From: Eledone cirrhosa
Taxonomy: Eukaryota
Length of the DNA: 64,000 nt
Reading direction: 5' to 3'
Assembly (NCBI GenBank): GCA_964016885.1
Contig: OZ024741.1
Coordinates: 336,784,001-336,848,000, forward strand
Under the pieces are notes generated by a model. It searched no databases. It worked only from the letters and a program-made list of their open reading frames with translations, and had not been told where the DNA came from. The position numbers were made by a program, and so were the translations under genes. Shown in pieces: positions 27,640 to 42,085 of this stretch. Position 1 is the stretch's first letter, and every line of letters starts with the position of its first letter.

Positions 27640-29083
27640 TATGCACACACAGATATATACATGCACATACACACACAGAGACTGACACATACATGCACAT
27701 ATATACACAGACAGACACATGCACACACTGACAGACATAGATACACACATACAGACACAAACAGATATATGCACAAAGGCACACACACACCTACATGAAT
27801 AAAGACACCCACAGACACATACATGGACCTAGGCACACATGCACAAACTCAAACAGATACACGTTTAAAGACACACACAGACGTATGCATACACAGACAG
27901 AGAAACAGATGCATGCATACAGACACAGATACACGAACAAAGTGCCACACACACACATGCACACACAGACACTCATGCACACAGATACACATGCATACAT
28001 AGACACATACGCACACAGACACAAACAGAAAAATAGATGCACACACAACACAGACCCACCACCACCACACCAACACACATTCATCAGACTCTGCATTCTT
28101 CTACTACATAGCATATATTGATCTCTCTTATGTTTAATTGTAAAAGAACATGATCAGATACACAGTATACACATAAGCACACACATAAACACTCATAAGC
28201 ACACACATAAACACTCATAAGCACACACATAAATAAACATAAATAAACATAAGCACACACACAAACACTCAAAAGCACACACACTAACACTCATAAGCAG
28301 ACACACAAACAGACATAGGGACACACATAAACAGACATAAACACACACAAACACACATAAGCACATATAAGCACACACAAACACATACTAAGAGATATAA
28401 GCACACACATAAGCATACCCAAACACATACATACACACATATAAGCACACCCAAACACACACATACACACACATAAGCATACCCAAACACACACATACAC
28501 TCACATAAGCACACCCAAACACATAAATACACACATAAGCACATAAACACACCCAAACACACATAAACACACACAAACACACATAAACACATACAAACAT
28601 ATAAACACACAGAAACAGACATAAGCACGTGCAAACACACACAGACAGACATAAACATGCACAAACACACACAGAAATACAGAAACACACACAGAAATAC
28701 AGAAACACATACAAACATACAATACACACATAGACACACAAAAATATACATATGCATACATAGACACACAAGAATATGCATACACAGGCACAAGAATATG
28801 CATAGACATGCATACACAGGCACATACATAGACACACAAGAATATGCATACACAGACACATACACATACATAGACACACAAGAATATGCATACACATACA
28901 TATATAGACACATGCATAGACACACAAGAATATACATACACATGCATATATAGACACATACATAGACACACAAGAATATGGATACACATACATATATAGA
29001 CACATATATAGACACACAAGAATATGGATACACATACATATATAGACACAGGAATATACATATAGCAAGTACATAGACACACA
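27640..29083. repeat. CA-rich compound microsatellite grading into ~30-bp units (catagacacacaagaatatgcatac)
   Basis: Read directly. A similar (CAGA)/(CA) field lies at 37935-38885. Confidence 0.93.
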
Positions 29084-29312
29084 TCTTTATCATTATAATC
29101 AATCCTCATTTTAATGTTCGTTTTTACAATGGTGGCACGTGCTTGTTCTATATGCAATTCTCATCATACCATATTATCATTTATTATCACAAATGTTAAA
29201 AACAATTTACCGTTATTTCAATTCTTTTCTCTTGAAAAGTCTTGTTTTTGTTTTCTGGTCTAAGATAATAGTATTTGGTCAATTGATTTTACGAATAAAT
29301 CCAGTTTTACAA

Positions 29313-29820
29313 TTAACCCTTTCATTACCATATTTCTAAGGAAAAACACTGCCTAAGATTTTCAAACCGCTTTAAAAATCATCAATAATTTCGAGAGATT
29401 TAGTAATGTAACTAACTTTGTAGGTTCTCACATAAAATTATGATGGAACGTTTTTAGATAAATATAGACACTTTAAAAGGAACAATTTTGTATAGAACTA
29501 GGGCTGGTTTCAAGCAGTTTGGTCTCAAATGAGTTGAACCTTTCATTACCGTATCTCCAATGAAATACACTTTATTTCAATTAATTAATAAAGAATTTGA
29601 TAGGGTTTACTAAAATTATTAATTATTTTATTATTAAGGTGATGTTTGCAACTTAACCTAACAAATTATGTTGGAAGATATAAATTTAAATAGGAACCCT
29701 TTAAAATGTGAGATGTTGTTTCTATGACATAAAGGCAGTTTTGGGGTGGGTAGGTATCAAAAGGTTTTGTTCCTATGAAATAGGGTAGTTTGGGATGGGT
29801 TGGTAAACAAAAGGTTTAAA
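29313..29820. mobile_element. Old piggyBac-like MITE family, two adjacent copies (other remnants near 1290, 9500-9726, 16527-16840, 21380-21620, 30860-31030, 32880-33025, 33620-33681, 49340-49566)
   Basis: Recurrent ends ttaaccctttc(a/g)ttaccatatttct and aaatatggtaacgaaagggttaa with shared internal sequence. Confidence 0.55.
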
Positions 29821-31961
29821 TTTCAGTAATGTTAACTTTTTAATAATAATAATAATAATAATGATTTCTACTTTAGGCACAAGGCCAGCAATTTGAAGGG
29901 AATGGGAAAGTCGATTAAATCAACCCCAGTGTATTACTGGTGCTTTACTTTAATAATAACAACCATGTAAGATTGATGATATTGAAAAATCAGCCTTGCT
30001 GAGCACTGTGCACATTTTAAGGAAAAGTATTATCTATCTGAAGTCCTTGTTGTGATTTGAAAGATGACTAAATACTCTGCTACATTTTCCATCTACAGTG
30101 CGTGACAAAAGAAAACAATAATAATAATAATATTTCTGGAATTCATTTTGATGCTTTGAGAAACAATGAAAAAATATATAAATATAAATAAAAGAAATTT
30201 CGAAGTTTCTTGTGTCTCTGCGATACACTGCTTTCATGATAGTCAAAGTACACTGCATGAAGAATGAAGTCGTAACTTAAGGGGAAAGTGTAAATGTGTT
30301 GTTAATGAAGTGAATTGACATCAAAGGCATTGTACAATGCATCCAAGAGCGAAGTAGACAGTGTTGTTATGCACAAATCATGCAAGATGCATGATGCATG
30401 CTGGTGCTGCTGAAAAAATGGCATATATAGATGGTGACAATTATTCAGGCACGTGTGTGTTGTGTTTATGTATTCATATATAAATGAATATGTGTGTCAA
30501 GCAATACCCAAGCCTGATCGCAGTCTAATGACCGAAGCCAGTAAAAGTATAAAGAATATGTGTGTGTGTGTGTGTTCATATATAAATGTATAATTGTGTC
30601 AATCAGTGCCCCAGCATGGTCGCACTTGACATAAACCAGTAAAAGTATAAAAAATATGTGTATATGTGCGTGTATGTTTGTATGTATGTATGTGTGTGTG
30701 TATATGTGTGTATACATCAAAAATCCATCAAAAATCACATTTTACTTTCATTTAAATCAATTACAATAATTTTCTTCTGTATTTCCTTTAATTAGACAAC
30801 TCATACCTGTATTTTTTTTTTTATCGAGAGTAAAATAAAATACCAAGAATTTTACTAAAGGTTTTTGTACCAAATCACCTGAAACTGCCCTTCATTCTAC
30901 AATGCAAAGCTGTTTATTTTAGAGTATTTAAATTTATCTAAAAATATTTTATGTAAGAACCTCTGTTATGTTATACTCCAAACATTAGCTAAATGAGAAA
31001 GTTATACTTAATACCTTCATATTATTTTCCAAAATTTTTTAGTGATTAAATATAACTTTATTAATATTTAAAAACAGAAAAGGAAGAGAAAGGCAAGGGT
31101 TCTATGGACACAGAAGAATGGGAAGGGGTATTATCAAATTCACTAAATTAGGATTATTCTAACTACCCACCTACCTATCTGTCTATCTACAGCAATAAGA
31201 TCATGACTAGACATTCATTTTCTCTCTCCTTCTCTCTCTCCTTTACTCTCTCTCTCTCTCCTCATTTCTCTCTCTTCATCTCTCTCCTCATCTCACTCTC
31301 GTCTTCTCTCTCTATCTCTCTCTCTTCTCTCTCTCCTTCTGATGATATATATCTCTCTTGTCCTCTTAAAAACTTTGATAAGGGTTATTTTAACCAAAAT
31401 ATTAAGACCATTAAGTATTTTTACATTGACTCTTCAATATCTTGTTATTTATGTTTATGTTTAATCTCCCAGCTGCATTGCTATAATTTTCTAACAGAGA
31501 GCTTATATATATATATATATAACCCATGCAAGCATGGAAAAATGGACAATAAATGGTGATGATGATGATATAGGGAAGGGGGCCAAATATGTATATGTGC
31601 ATACATGCATGTTTGTATATATATTATATATGTATATATTTCACAATGATATTGGTCATAGCTTCATCTGATTTCTAATTAGTTAGAGATTACTCTCATT
31701 CAATAATTGCTTCGATTAAATTAATTAAGGTGTGCTTTGTAAGGTCTGTGTATGTCTAGTTATCATGCACATACACAATAACATGCGCTAACACTTATAT
31801 GTACACTTATATGTACATATAGATACGTTGTTAGTTTAGATATTTAGTCAAATGCTGCAGGCAGTATTTGTTAATCTTTATGAATTATAAATTTTACCAA
31901 AACTTATATATATATTTACTTTGTATATGTTGATATATATATATGTATGTGTGTATATATA

Positions 31962-32007
<46 letters not shown>

Positions 32008-32245
32008 ATATAATATATATAAGTATGTGTATGTGTGTATATATATATATATATGATATAATATATATATGTGTATATATATATATATATGATATATGAT
32101 ATAATATATGATATAATACATATATATATGTATGTGTATATATATATATATATGATATAATATATATATATATGTATGTGTATATATATATGATATAATA
32201 TATATATGTATGTGTGTATATATATTATATATATATATATGTATG

Positions 32246-32286
<41 letters not shown>

Positions 32287-32322
32287 GTAGATAAATCTAC
32301 CAAGAGTTTACGGTAGTGTCCA

Positions 32323-32361
<39 letters not shown>

Positions 32362-34062
32362 TATATATATATGCGTATTTATCTATGTATGCTGCTGGTG
32401 AATACATATGGATGCACCTAAGCATAATTATTCCTGCTAGAAGTAGACATAATTATGAAGCCATAGCTGTATAATCATACAATCATATATATACAGGTTT
32501 ATATGTCTATATGCACTACAAAACCCTTTGAAAGGAGAAAAAAATGAGCTTTGGAGAGTAAATTAATATCTATGCTGTGTTACACTTACTATTTTGCATA
32601 GTCATATGAAAGTCATAATTGGCCACAACAATATTTTACTATATTCCAACCTAATTGGTTAATGAAGAAAACAGACAGACTAAGATTTAATGAGAAGATC
32701 ACTAGCACTTCATTGTGTATGTATGTGTAATTATGTATGTATGGACTCGTGTGTGTGTGTAAGTATATAAGCATATATGTATGTGTGTATTTATATATAT
32801 ATATGTATGTATATATATATGTATGTACTCATGTGTGTATATGTGGACTTGTAACTCCTTTCATCACAATTTTATAGGAGAACCTTTGTTTTGTTCCAAA
32901 AACCAACTTAATAATGAGAAAGTTAGTTACATTATTAAATCCCTCAAAACTTTTCATTATTTTTTAAATTATTTCAAAATCATAGGTAATGTCTCTCATT
33001 AAAAATATGGTATACAAAAGGGTCAAAGTGTTTATATTTATCTTAAAACCTTCCTTCATATTTCTACCTGAAAAAAACTTCAACTCCAACTAAATAAGGG
33101 TTTCTGATTTAGACACAAGACCAACAATTTGGGGGAAGTTGATTAAATCAACCCCAGTGCATTACTTGTGCTTTAATTTATCGACTCCTTAAAGATGATA
33201 GGCAAAGCTAACCTCGACAGGATTTGAAATCAGAGCAAAGGGATATAACTATATGCTGCAAAGTATGTTTCCAACACTTTACCGATTACTGCCAATCCAC
33301 ACTAACTAATGATCTCTACAATAGACACATAGCCAGCAATTTGTGGGGAAGGAAAAGTCGATTAAATCGCCTCCAGTGCATTACTGGTGCTTATTTTATC
33401 GATCAGTTAATCAAATGACTAAAATTCTTCAAGGTTGATTGGCAGTATCAATAGTGGGTCGAACGCCATGCTTTGCAGCATAGAGTAACGGCCCTTTACG
33501 ATCTGAGTTCAAATCCCGCCAAGGTTAACTTTTCCTTTCATCCTTATGAGGTCAAATGAAGCACCAGTAATGCACTGGAGTAATTACTGGCCTTTTGCCA
33601 AAAGTAGAAACAATTATTTTCCAAATTATTTGAAAATTATAACCAGTCTTTCATTAAAAATATGGTCACAAAAGGGTTAAAACCTGTTGAAGATTTGTTC
33701 TTCACTCTCAGCCCCATCATGTCTTTCTCATCTTTGCTATCATTCCTAAATCCCATTCTAACCAGTCTAGTTTGCAAACCAATGCCATCTGCACCTCAAG
33801 TGGAAGCACCATACACTTCTATCCTCAGACTTCACAACCTCCTAACAATCTCATAATTTACACATCTTCTTTGCCTTTTCCTACTCCCTATTTCCTCCTC
33901 ACAGCACAGTTAATCCAACAATCGTTTTTTGTAAAATCAGATCATGATAAAAAGTTGAAGGTTTTCTTTATCATTGCAATATAGATTGGTGTCACAATCA
34001 CACAACACATCTTCCCAGTCATTAACACCATTCAGAAGGTTTGGTTTCGGCTTTCCTTTGAT

Positions 34063-34268
34063 CAGGGCTGGAGTTATCTATAAGCTAAACAAGCTATAGC
34101 TAAGGGCCACACATACTCAAGAGCGTTTTTAAAAATATATTTTTATTTTATCATTAGAAATATATTTTTATTTTATCATTAGATTTTATTTTTTCACCCA
34201 AATATTTTTAGAGAAGGGCTTCAAATTTTATATAGCTTAGGATGTCAGTAGGTCAAAGTCCAACCCTA
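34063..34268. mobile_element. hAT-type MITE (partial homolog at about 16877-17031)
   Basis: Ends cagggctgga ... tccaaccct. The motifs tatagct(a/t)agggccacaca and tagagaaggg are shared with the 16.9-kb copy. Confidence 0.5.
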
Positions 34269-35570
34269 CCTTTGATTAAAGTCCTGTATTACTCTTCCTT
34301 GTATTAAACAACCCCATACAATATAATTTTGGGATTCATCATGTTGGGTATGCTGCATTATTCTTTTAGTGTATTAGAAAGAGTAATAATTGTTTTTACT
34401 TTTGGCACAAGACCAGTAATTATCCTAGTGTATTACTGGTACTTTAGAAAGAGTAATAATTGTTTCTACTTTTGGCACAAGGCCAGCACTTATCCCAGTG
34501 CATTACTGGTACTTTATGTTATCGACCCCGTAAGGATGAAAGGCAAAATTAACCTCGGCGGGATTTGAACTCAGAATGGCAAGGGCCATAACTCTATGCA
34601 TCAAAGCATGGCGTCCAACCCTTTACCGATACTGCCAATCCACCAATGACTTTGGTTTATCACCAGGAATATTCTAAAAGAGATTATTTGCTCTTTTAGT
34701 GAACTAAAAAGAGTAATAATGGCTTCTGATTTGGGCACAAGGCCAACAATTTGGTGGGAGAGGAAAGTCAATTAAATCCATCACAGTGAGTTATTGGTAC
34801 TTTATTTTAACAACAACCACCAGGAATATTCTAAAAGCAATGACTCGCTCTTTTAGTACACTAGAAACAATAATAGTAGTTTCTGATTTAGGCACAAGGC
34901 CAACAATTTAGGGTGAGAAGAAGTCAATTGACTGCCACAAGGAATATTCTAAAAGAGGTTACTTATCTACTGTCAAAATTAATTCAGTAACTCTACTTCT
35001 AACTGTTGAATATGGAACCACATCATATACCAATCTCAGGGAGATTCAAAATGTAGCTAATATTTATATATATATATATATATACATCATCATATGGGTT
35101 GGTATCAAGAGGGTTAAGTGGAATCAAAGGGGTAACATATGAGGTACATGGAAGATGGTAGTTGAGGAAAGAATTGACATTGGAAGACATGGGAAGAAAT
35201 GATGTATGTTGGACTTGTGATACCGAACCTGACAAAAGAGATGACACAAATAACTGGTGTGTGTAGTGAGATGACACAAATAACTGGTGTGTGTAGTGAG
35301 ACACTGGGCTAAAGAAGAACTTTCCAACTCATAGCAGCATGGAAAATAGACATAAAAAAATGATGATATATATATTTCAATAAGTATATATCCATTTTAA
35401 AATTCATATATGCATACAAATGTATATCAACATACACATATACACAAAACTATATACATAACGTATGCATGTTGCAGTATATATATATATATATATATAA
35501 ATATATATATAAATGTATACACCCTTCAACAGCATTCAAATAAAAGTATGTATACATTTTTTTGTGGGAC

Positions 35571-35612
<42 letters not shown>

Positions 35613-35691
35613 GTCCCACAAAAAAATGTATACATACTTTTATTTGAATGCTGTTGAAGGGTGTATACATTTCAGTCCTTAACATATAGCA

Positions 35692-35733
<42 letters not shown>

Positions 35734-35944
35734 TGCTAGATGTTAAAGGCACAAATACTTACTTGAGGGGAGCTTCTGCTGTCCAGCTTGCCTGAAAGTT
35801 TCTTACCACTTGTTTTTTACATCTGCTTTTTCCATGCTGGCATGAACCAAATGGTATTTTTTGAGGCAGTGTTTTACAGGGAATGCTGAATTAATCACCT
35901 CTCACATCATGCTAGAATATAGTGTGCGTGTGTATATATGATGG

Positions 35945-36260
35945 CTGCTAAGTGTATTGCAATTGCTTGTCAGATTTGGATGTGTGATGCTCATATATGG
36001 CTTTTCTAGCCTGCTAGAGACTTGCATTCCATTGCACATTGATGACAACTATGGATCTTGCTGGCCTCAGATCTTGCATCAGGTTGCCTGTGAACCTTCA
36101 CAATACTGTGGAGATCATAGTTCACTGGTTCTCTCTGAACATGGCTGCGGCTGTGGTTCCTGAGACCGGATTTGCTCAAGTAAATTTTTCCACACTCAGG
36201 GCACACCAATTCAATGGAGACACCAACCATTTCAAGAGATACACCAAGGCATTGAACCAG
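35945..36260 (-). mobile_element. LINE C-terminal fragment with two C2H2-like fingers, probably RTE/BovB type
   Basis: CPECGKIYLSKSGLRNHSRSH, then CHQCAMECKSLAG*KSH with stops. No TGEKP linkers and no splice sites. Confidence 0.55.
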
Positions 36261-37284
36261 TGTGTGTGTATATATATATGGGATGTTAAGAATTAAGAAG
36301 GATAATAAAAATGGTATGCACGCTGGAAATAGGAATCAGAAAATGCTTCATCATTGATATAGCAGAAGGTGAGGAATTGGCAGAGTTGTTAGAATATCAG
36401 ATAGAATGCTTTGTTGCATTTATTCTGGCTCTCTGCACTCTGAGTTCAAATACTGTCTGGGTCAACTTTGCTTTTCATTCTTTTGAAGTTGATAAATAAA
36501 ATACCAGTTCAATATTAGAGTTGATTCTTCCTATATACATTCTCTTTCTCACTTATCTGTCTCTGGAAGAAATCATCTGTATTCTGACTTGGAGATAGAT
36601 GGGGCTCCATCAGGTTTAAAATGCCAAAGACATGGTGCATATAGCAAGAGTGCCTATATGACTCCATTGGATGTTAGTGGCCTGTGGAATGGCTAGAGTC
36701 TAAAGAATTTCTTGGCAATTTTTAAAAATTTTATGACCAACATATGGTTAAAGTGGTTTCAGCTGTACCAAGTATTGCGTGATCATTGCATGGATAATGG
36801 AGAAAAAGGTATACTGAACTGTGGTTCAAAAGAACACTAACGTTACCTTAAATAATTAATGCTGCTTGGAATGCTGGAGAAAGTGTCACAGTCAGACATT
36901 GCTTAAGTTGGTGTGATCTTCAGTGAACAACTTATTAAGAGAAGCTCTCAGTGCTAGCCATATGTAAAATACGAAATTATATATATATATATGTATATAA
37001 TAATCATCATTTAATGTCTATGTTTCTACGATTGCATAGGTTTCATGGGTTTTCACATTATGAGACAAGTCAGGCCTGAAGACCATGTCATGCTCTTATG
37101 GATCTGTATTTTGGCTTGGTTTCTATGGCTGGATGACCTTCCTAACACCAACAATATATATATGTATGTATATATATATGTGTGTGTGTGTGTGTGTGCA
37201 AAAAGTAAACAGAAACAACAAAGAAATCAACACAGTACAGTGAAGAAATATATTAGTTTAACACTTGATATAGTAGGAAAAGTG

Positions 37285-37320
37285 TCTTTATGTTTCGGAC
37301 AATAGTCCTTTGTCAGAAGA
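37285..37320 (-). ncRNA. Second copy of hammerhead motif B within a Penelope-like end (about 37200-37410)
   Basis: Minus strand reads TCTT-CTGACaA-A-GGAC tatt GTCC-GAAACaTA-AAGA. Confidence 0.6.
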
Positions 37321-37420
37321 TAGGATAAGAAACATTCATGAAATAGAAAGTGAAAGAGTAAGAAGAGAAAGGAATGGAAAAATTTATTTTGAGACAAAGC
37401 ACATGTGTATTCAGTCAGTC

Positions 37421-37479
<59 letters not shown>

Positions 37480-37484
<5 letters not shown>

Positions 37485-37555
37485 ACCCTGTAATAAACAG
37501 GCAAAACTCCAGAGTAACAGGACTCACTATTCAGCCTTAATAAAATGAATATACA
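37480..37555 (+). ncRNA. 5'-truncated second copy of hammerhead motif A
   Basis: tgatgaccctgtaataaacaggcaaaactccagagtaacaggactc matches 11835-11880. Confidence 0.5.
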
Positions 37556-37583
37556 TATATATATAAACACATGTATATACACA

Positions 37584-37636
<53 letters not shown>

Positions 37637-37678
37637 CATATGTGTTTATGTGTGTATGTATGCATATGTCTATGTATA

Positions 37679-37772
<94 letters not shown>

Positions 37773-38825
37773 CACATATGCATCTATAGTCATATGTTTT
37801 CTAATGCTCTTATTTATGCAGCTGTTTTACACGATATGTGCTGATTTTGTCAAATTAAATCTCCATTTTTTATTGAATTTATTACTGTAGAATATCTGAT
37901 GTGAATTTTTAATTTCCTCATGACAGTAGGTCTAAATACACACACTCACTGACAGATAGACAGACACACACACAAACACACTGACAGATAGATAGACACC
38001 CACACACTGACAGGCAGACAGACACACACACTGACAGATAGATAGACACCCACACACTGACAAACACACGCACACACAGAGGCAGGCGGACTGAGAGATA
38101 GACAGACACTCACACTCACAGAGTGACAAATAGACATACATATACATACACATACACGCACACAGAGACTGAGTGACAGATAGATAGACATACACGCACA
38201 CACACACACACACACTAACAGTTAGACAGACACACACACACACAGCCTGAATGGCAAATAGACAGACACACATGGTGAGTGACAGACAGACTTACAGACA
38301 CAGATTGACTGAATGACAGATAGACAGATAGACAGACAGACAGACACACAGACTGCATGACAGATAGACAGTGACACACACACATGCATACACACGCACA
38401 CACACAGACTGAGTGACAGATAAACAGATGGACACACACAGTTTGAGTGATACATAGACAGACAAACAGAAACACACACACACACACACACAGAGACCGA
38501 GTGACAGATAGACAGACATACACACACAGACTGGGTGACAGATATACATAGAGTGGCAGACAGGCAGACAGACACACAGATACAGTGACAGGGTGACAGA
38601 GAAATGGACAGACGGACACACACACATAGGGAGAGATGTGCTTACATACATGTATAGAGACAGAGTGACAGAAAGAAAGACTGACATACAAACACACTGA
38701 CACAAGCAATAGACAAACACAGACACATACACATACAAACATACATACACACAAATGCACAAACAGACAGAGACCCCCCCCCACACACACACACACTAAC
38801 TGTAAAAGACAAAGACACACATACA

Positions 38826-38885
<60 letters not shown>

Positions 38886-39397
38886 ACCACATCACTTTCA
38901 TTGATTTAAATACACCTACACACACACACACACACATATATATATGGTACATTTGAAATTTTCACTTTGAAAAATGTTGTTAAAGATGAGTTGAGGAAAT
39001 ATTTGAGAGTCATGGAAAATCCTAGTAAATCTGCTAAGTTGTAGTAGAGAAGACAGAATATGAGAGATGAGAAAGAATAGCAAAGTTTGAGTAAATGAGG
39101 AGAGAAAAAAAAAATCAATGACATCTTTGGGAGGTATCAATAAAGTTCCTTTAGTTTCCAGACTGTAATGATAAGCATATCTTGTTCATATTTTTGTAGT
39201 TCTTAAGAATAGCTTTGGAAAGCAATATGTTGACAGCAATAGGTTTTGGTTGTAGTTGTTAGGAAGTGAAAGATAAAATCCACTGTACTGTTGAAACAAA
39301 CAATAACATACTTCCTTCTCTAATGTAAATTGTACATCATTGCTGAGACCACATTAATTGAAACAAACATATTTTCACTGAGATAGGCAAAATATAC

Positions 39398-39460
<63 letters not shown>

Positions 39461-39699
39461 CCTTTAAATATATATGTGTGTGTGTGTATATATGTATATA
39501 TATATATATATAATTAGACAAATATGAAAAGGAAAAGAAGGAAGAAAAAAAAGGAAGAAATGCTATTTGGTGATACATTTTTGTATTATATTATTATTAT
39601 TATTATTATTATTAGCATGTGAATGAAATATTGAAAAAAAAAAAAGAAAAAAAAAGAAAAAAAAGAAAAAAAATTATTCACCTTAATATTAGAATCTTT

Positions 39700-39904
39700 C
39701 CGAGCCAGAATTGTAGGTATCGTGTCCATTCCACGCAACATATAATCAGCTTGTCATTAGCAGTAGCAGACATTACATACACACAACGCAGACCAAAACC
39801 ACATGATGCTGCCGCCACCACACAACAGCAGCAGTAGCTGTACAACAGTACGGCTGGATACACAGCTCGTGTAATAACAAAGTAGACTGGATTTTCTAAC
39901 ACAA
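39700..39904 (+). other. Probable non-coding (5' UTR / first) exon of a downstream gene
   Basis: Island of unique CpG-containing sequence ending in a consensus donor ACAA|gtaagt at 39904/39905, followed by T/GT-rich intron-like sequence. No long ORF. The 5' boundary is approximate. Confidence 0.5.
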
Positions 39905-40394
39905 GTAAGTAGTTGCTTGGCTTTTTTTTTGTTTTTGGATATTTTTTTTTGTTTTTTTTTCTGTGTGTGTGTATGTATGTGTGTATGTGAGTTGTGTTTT
40001 TTTTGTGTGTGATTTTTTGTTTTTTACTTTTTCCGAAAGAATGACTTTCTTCTTTTTTTGTTACATTTAAGCTATTATGAATGTAAAGAATTGAATAAAA
40101 TATATTTACTAGGTCACAACCATACTAATATATATGTTTCTATGTCTACCATACTGTAACAACTGGTTATAGAAATGTACACTGTACAATATAAATGATG
40201 ATATCTAAATGTACTCTAACATATCTCTCTCTATATATATGTATATACACACGTATCTATATACATATGTACATATATATATATATACAGTCTCCCAGAT
40301 TTACTGATAAACTATTATACCTCTCTATATATATACCTATATATATATATATATATATACACATGTATATATACATATATACATATACACACAC

Positions 40395-40436
<42 letters not shown>

Positions 40437-41159
40437 CTATATATACTGTCTCCCAGAATTACTGATAAACTCTAACATATTTTGGTTATTTTCTCTAATC
40501 ATTTCATTTCTAATCATTCTTACTCTCATAGTAAACATTATGACAGATGTGAATAAATTTGTATGAAAATATATTTTTTCAAATACATATATATATATAT
40601 GTGTATATATATATATATAATTTATAATTTGTCTATCATTCAAATAAATAGCTTTTACTTTTGCTAACATCATCTCAATTATAGTTTGATATAGATAAAT
40701 TCACTGACCAGTTTCACTTTGTCAAATACGATTTCAAATAATAGATCCTTAAAAAATTCTTGGAAAGATTGTCTCAAGATTTAAGTTTATTACCATATTT
40801 TTTTTTTAAATACCATATTCGTCCCTCTTTCATTTATTTATTTATCTTATATTTTATTTCTATTTTTATTTTATTTGTTCATTTTACCCTTAATATATAT
40901 AAGTTGGTATTGGTACCTACAATATTGTCACAGAAAGAGACAGTTTTAGGGACCTGGTATACATACATATGTGTGTCTGTGTAAGGGAAGGGGTGTCAGT
41001 TTGTCTGCATGTGCACGAGGGTGTGTGTATATATATATATTTATGCACACAGACACACGCACACACAGATGCACACATATATATATAGAGAGAGAGACAC
41101 CCACATGCACACACATATACACACACACACACACACATATATATATATGTATGTACACA

Positions 41160-41233
<74 letters not shown>

Positions 41234-41363
41234 ACTTGCTAGCAGGGAAAACGGATGTTAAATGATGATGATTATGATGATGATGGTGTGTGTGTGTAGA
41301 TAGTGTGGGAGAGATAATATAATTATAGGTATATATATATACACAATAGCTTAGTATTTCTTT

Positions 41364-42085
41364 CATCATTATTATCATGATAAGCATCACCATCATCACC
41401 ACCATCACCACCATCATCACCAGCATCACCACCATTGTCACCACTATTATGATCACCATCATCATCTTCACCACTATCATTATCACCATCATCACCACCA
41501 ACAACATCACCATCACTAACATCACCCCCACAACCACAACCATCATCGCCGTCACCAGCACCACCACCACCAACATCACCAACATCCCCACCACCATTGC
41601 CATCATCATCATCGCCACAACCATCATTACCTCCACCACCATCATCAGCACCACCATCACCACCACCAACATCCCCACCACTATTACCATCATCATCATC
41701 TCCATTATCATCACCACCATCACCACCACCCCTAACATCACCACTGCCATCCCCATCATCCCCACTACCATCATCATCACCACCAGCATCACTGCCACCA
41801 ACATCACCATCATCATCACCATCACCAAAACTGCCACTAACATCACTGTCACCACCACCATCACCACCACCATCACCAACAGCTTCACCTCCAACACCAC
41901 CACCATCAACATCTTCACCTCCAACACCACCACCATCACCACCACCATCATCATCACCACCACAATCATCATCACAATCATCATCACCACTACAATCATC
42001 TTCCCCCACCGTCATCATCTTTGCCACCACCAACACCACCACCACAAACACCACCACCACTATCATCACCATCATCACCATCATT
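41364..42085. repeat. Degenerate (CAC/CAT/CAA)n triplet tract
   Basis: Read directly. Smaller equivalents lie at 3505-3655, 27107-27235, 46398-46680 (complementary type) and 58450-59160. Confidence 0.95.

Noticed and set aside
36006-36230. Host C2H2 zinc-finger gene
   Set aside because: It has only two widely spaced fingers, in-frame stops, no TGEKP linkers and no exon boundaries. It fits a LINE ORF2 C-terminus better.
39808-39822. CTCF/CSE-like motif in the putative first exon
   Set aside because: Only a partial match within a CAG/CCA-rich stretch, not distinguishable from chance by eye.
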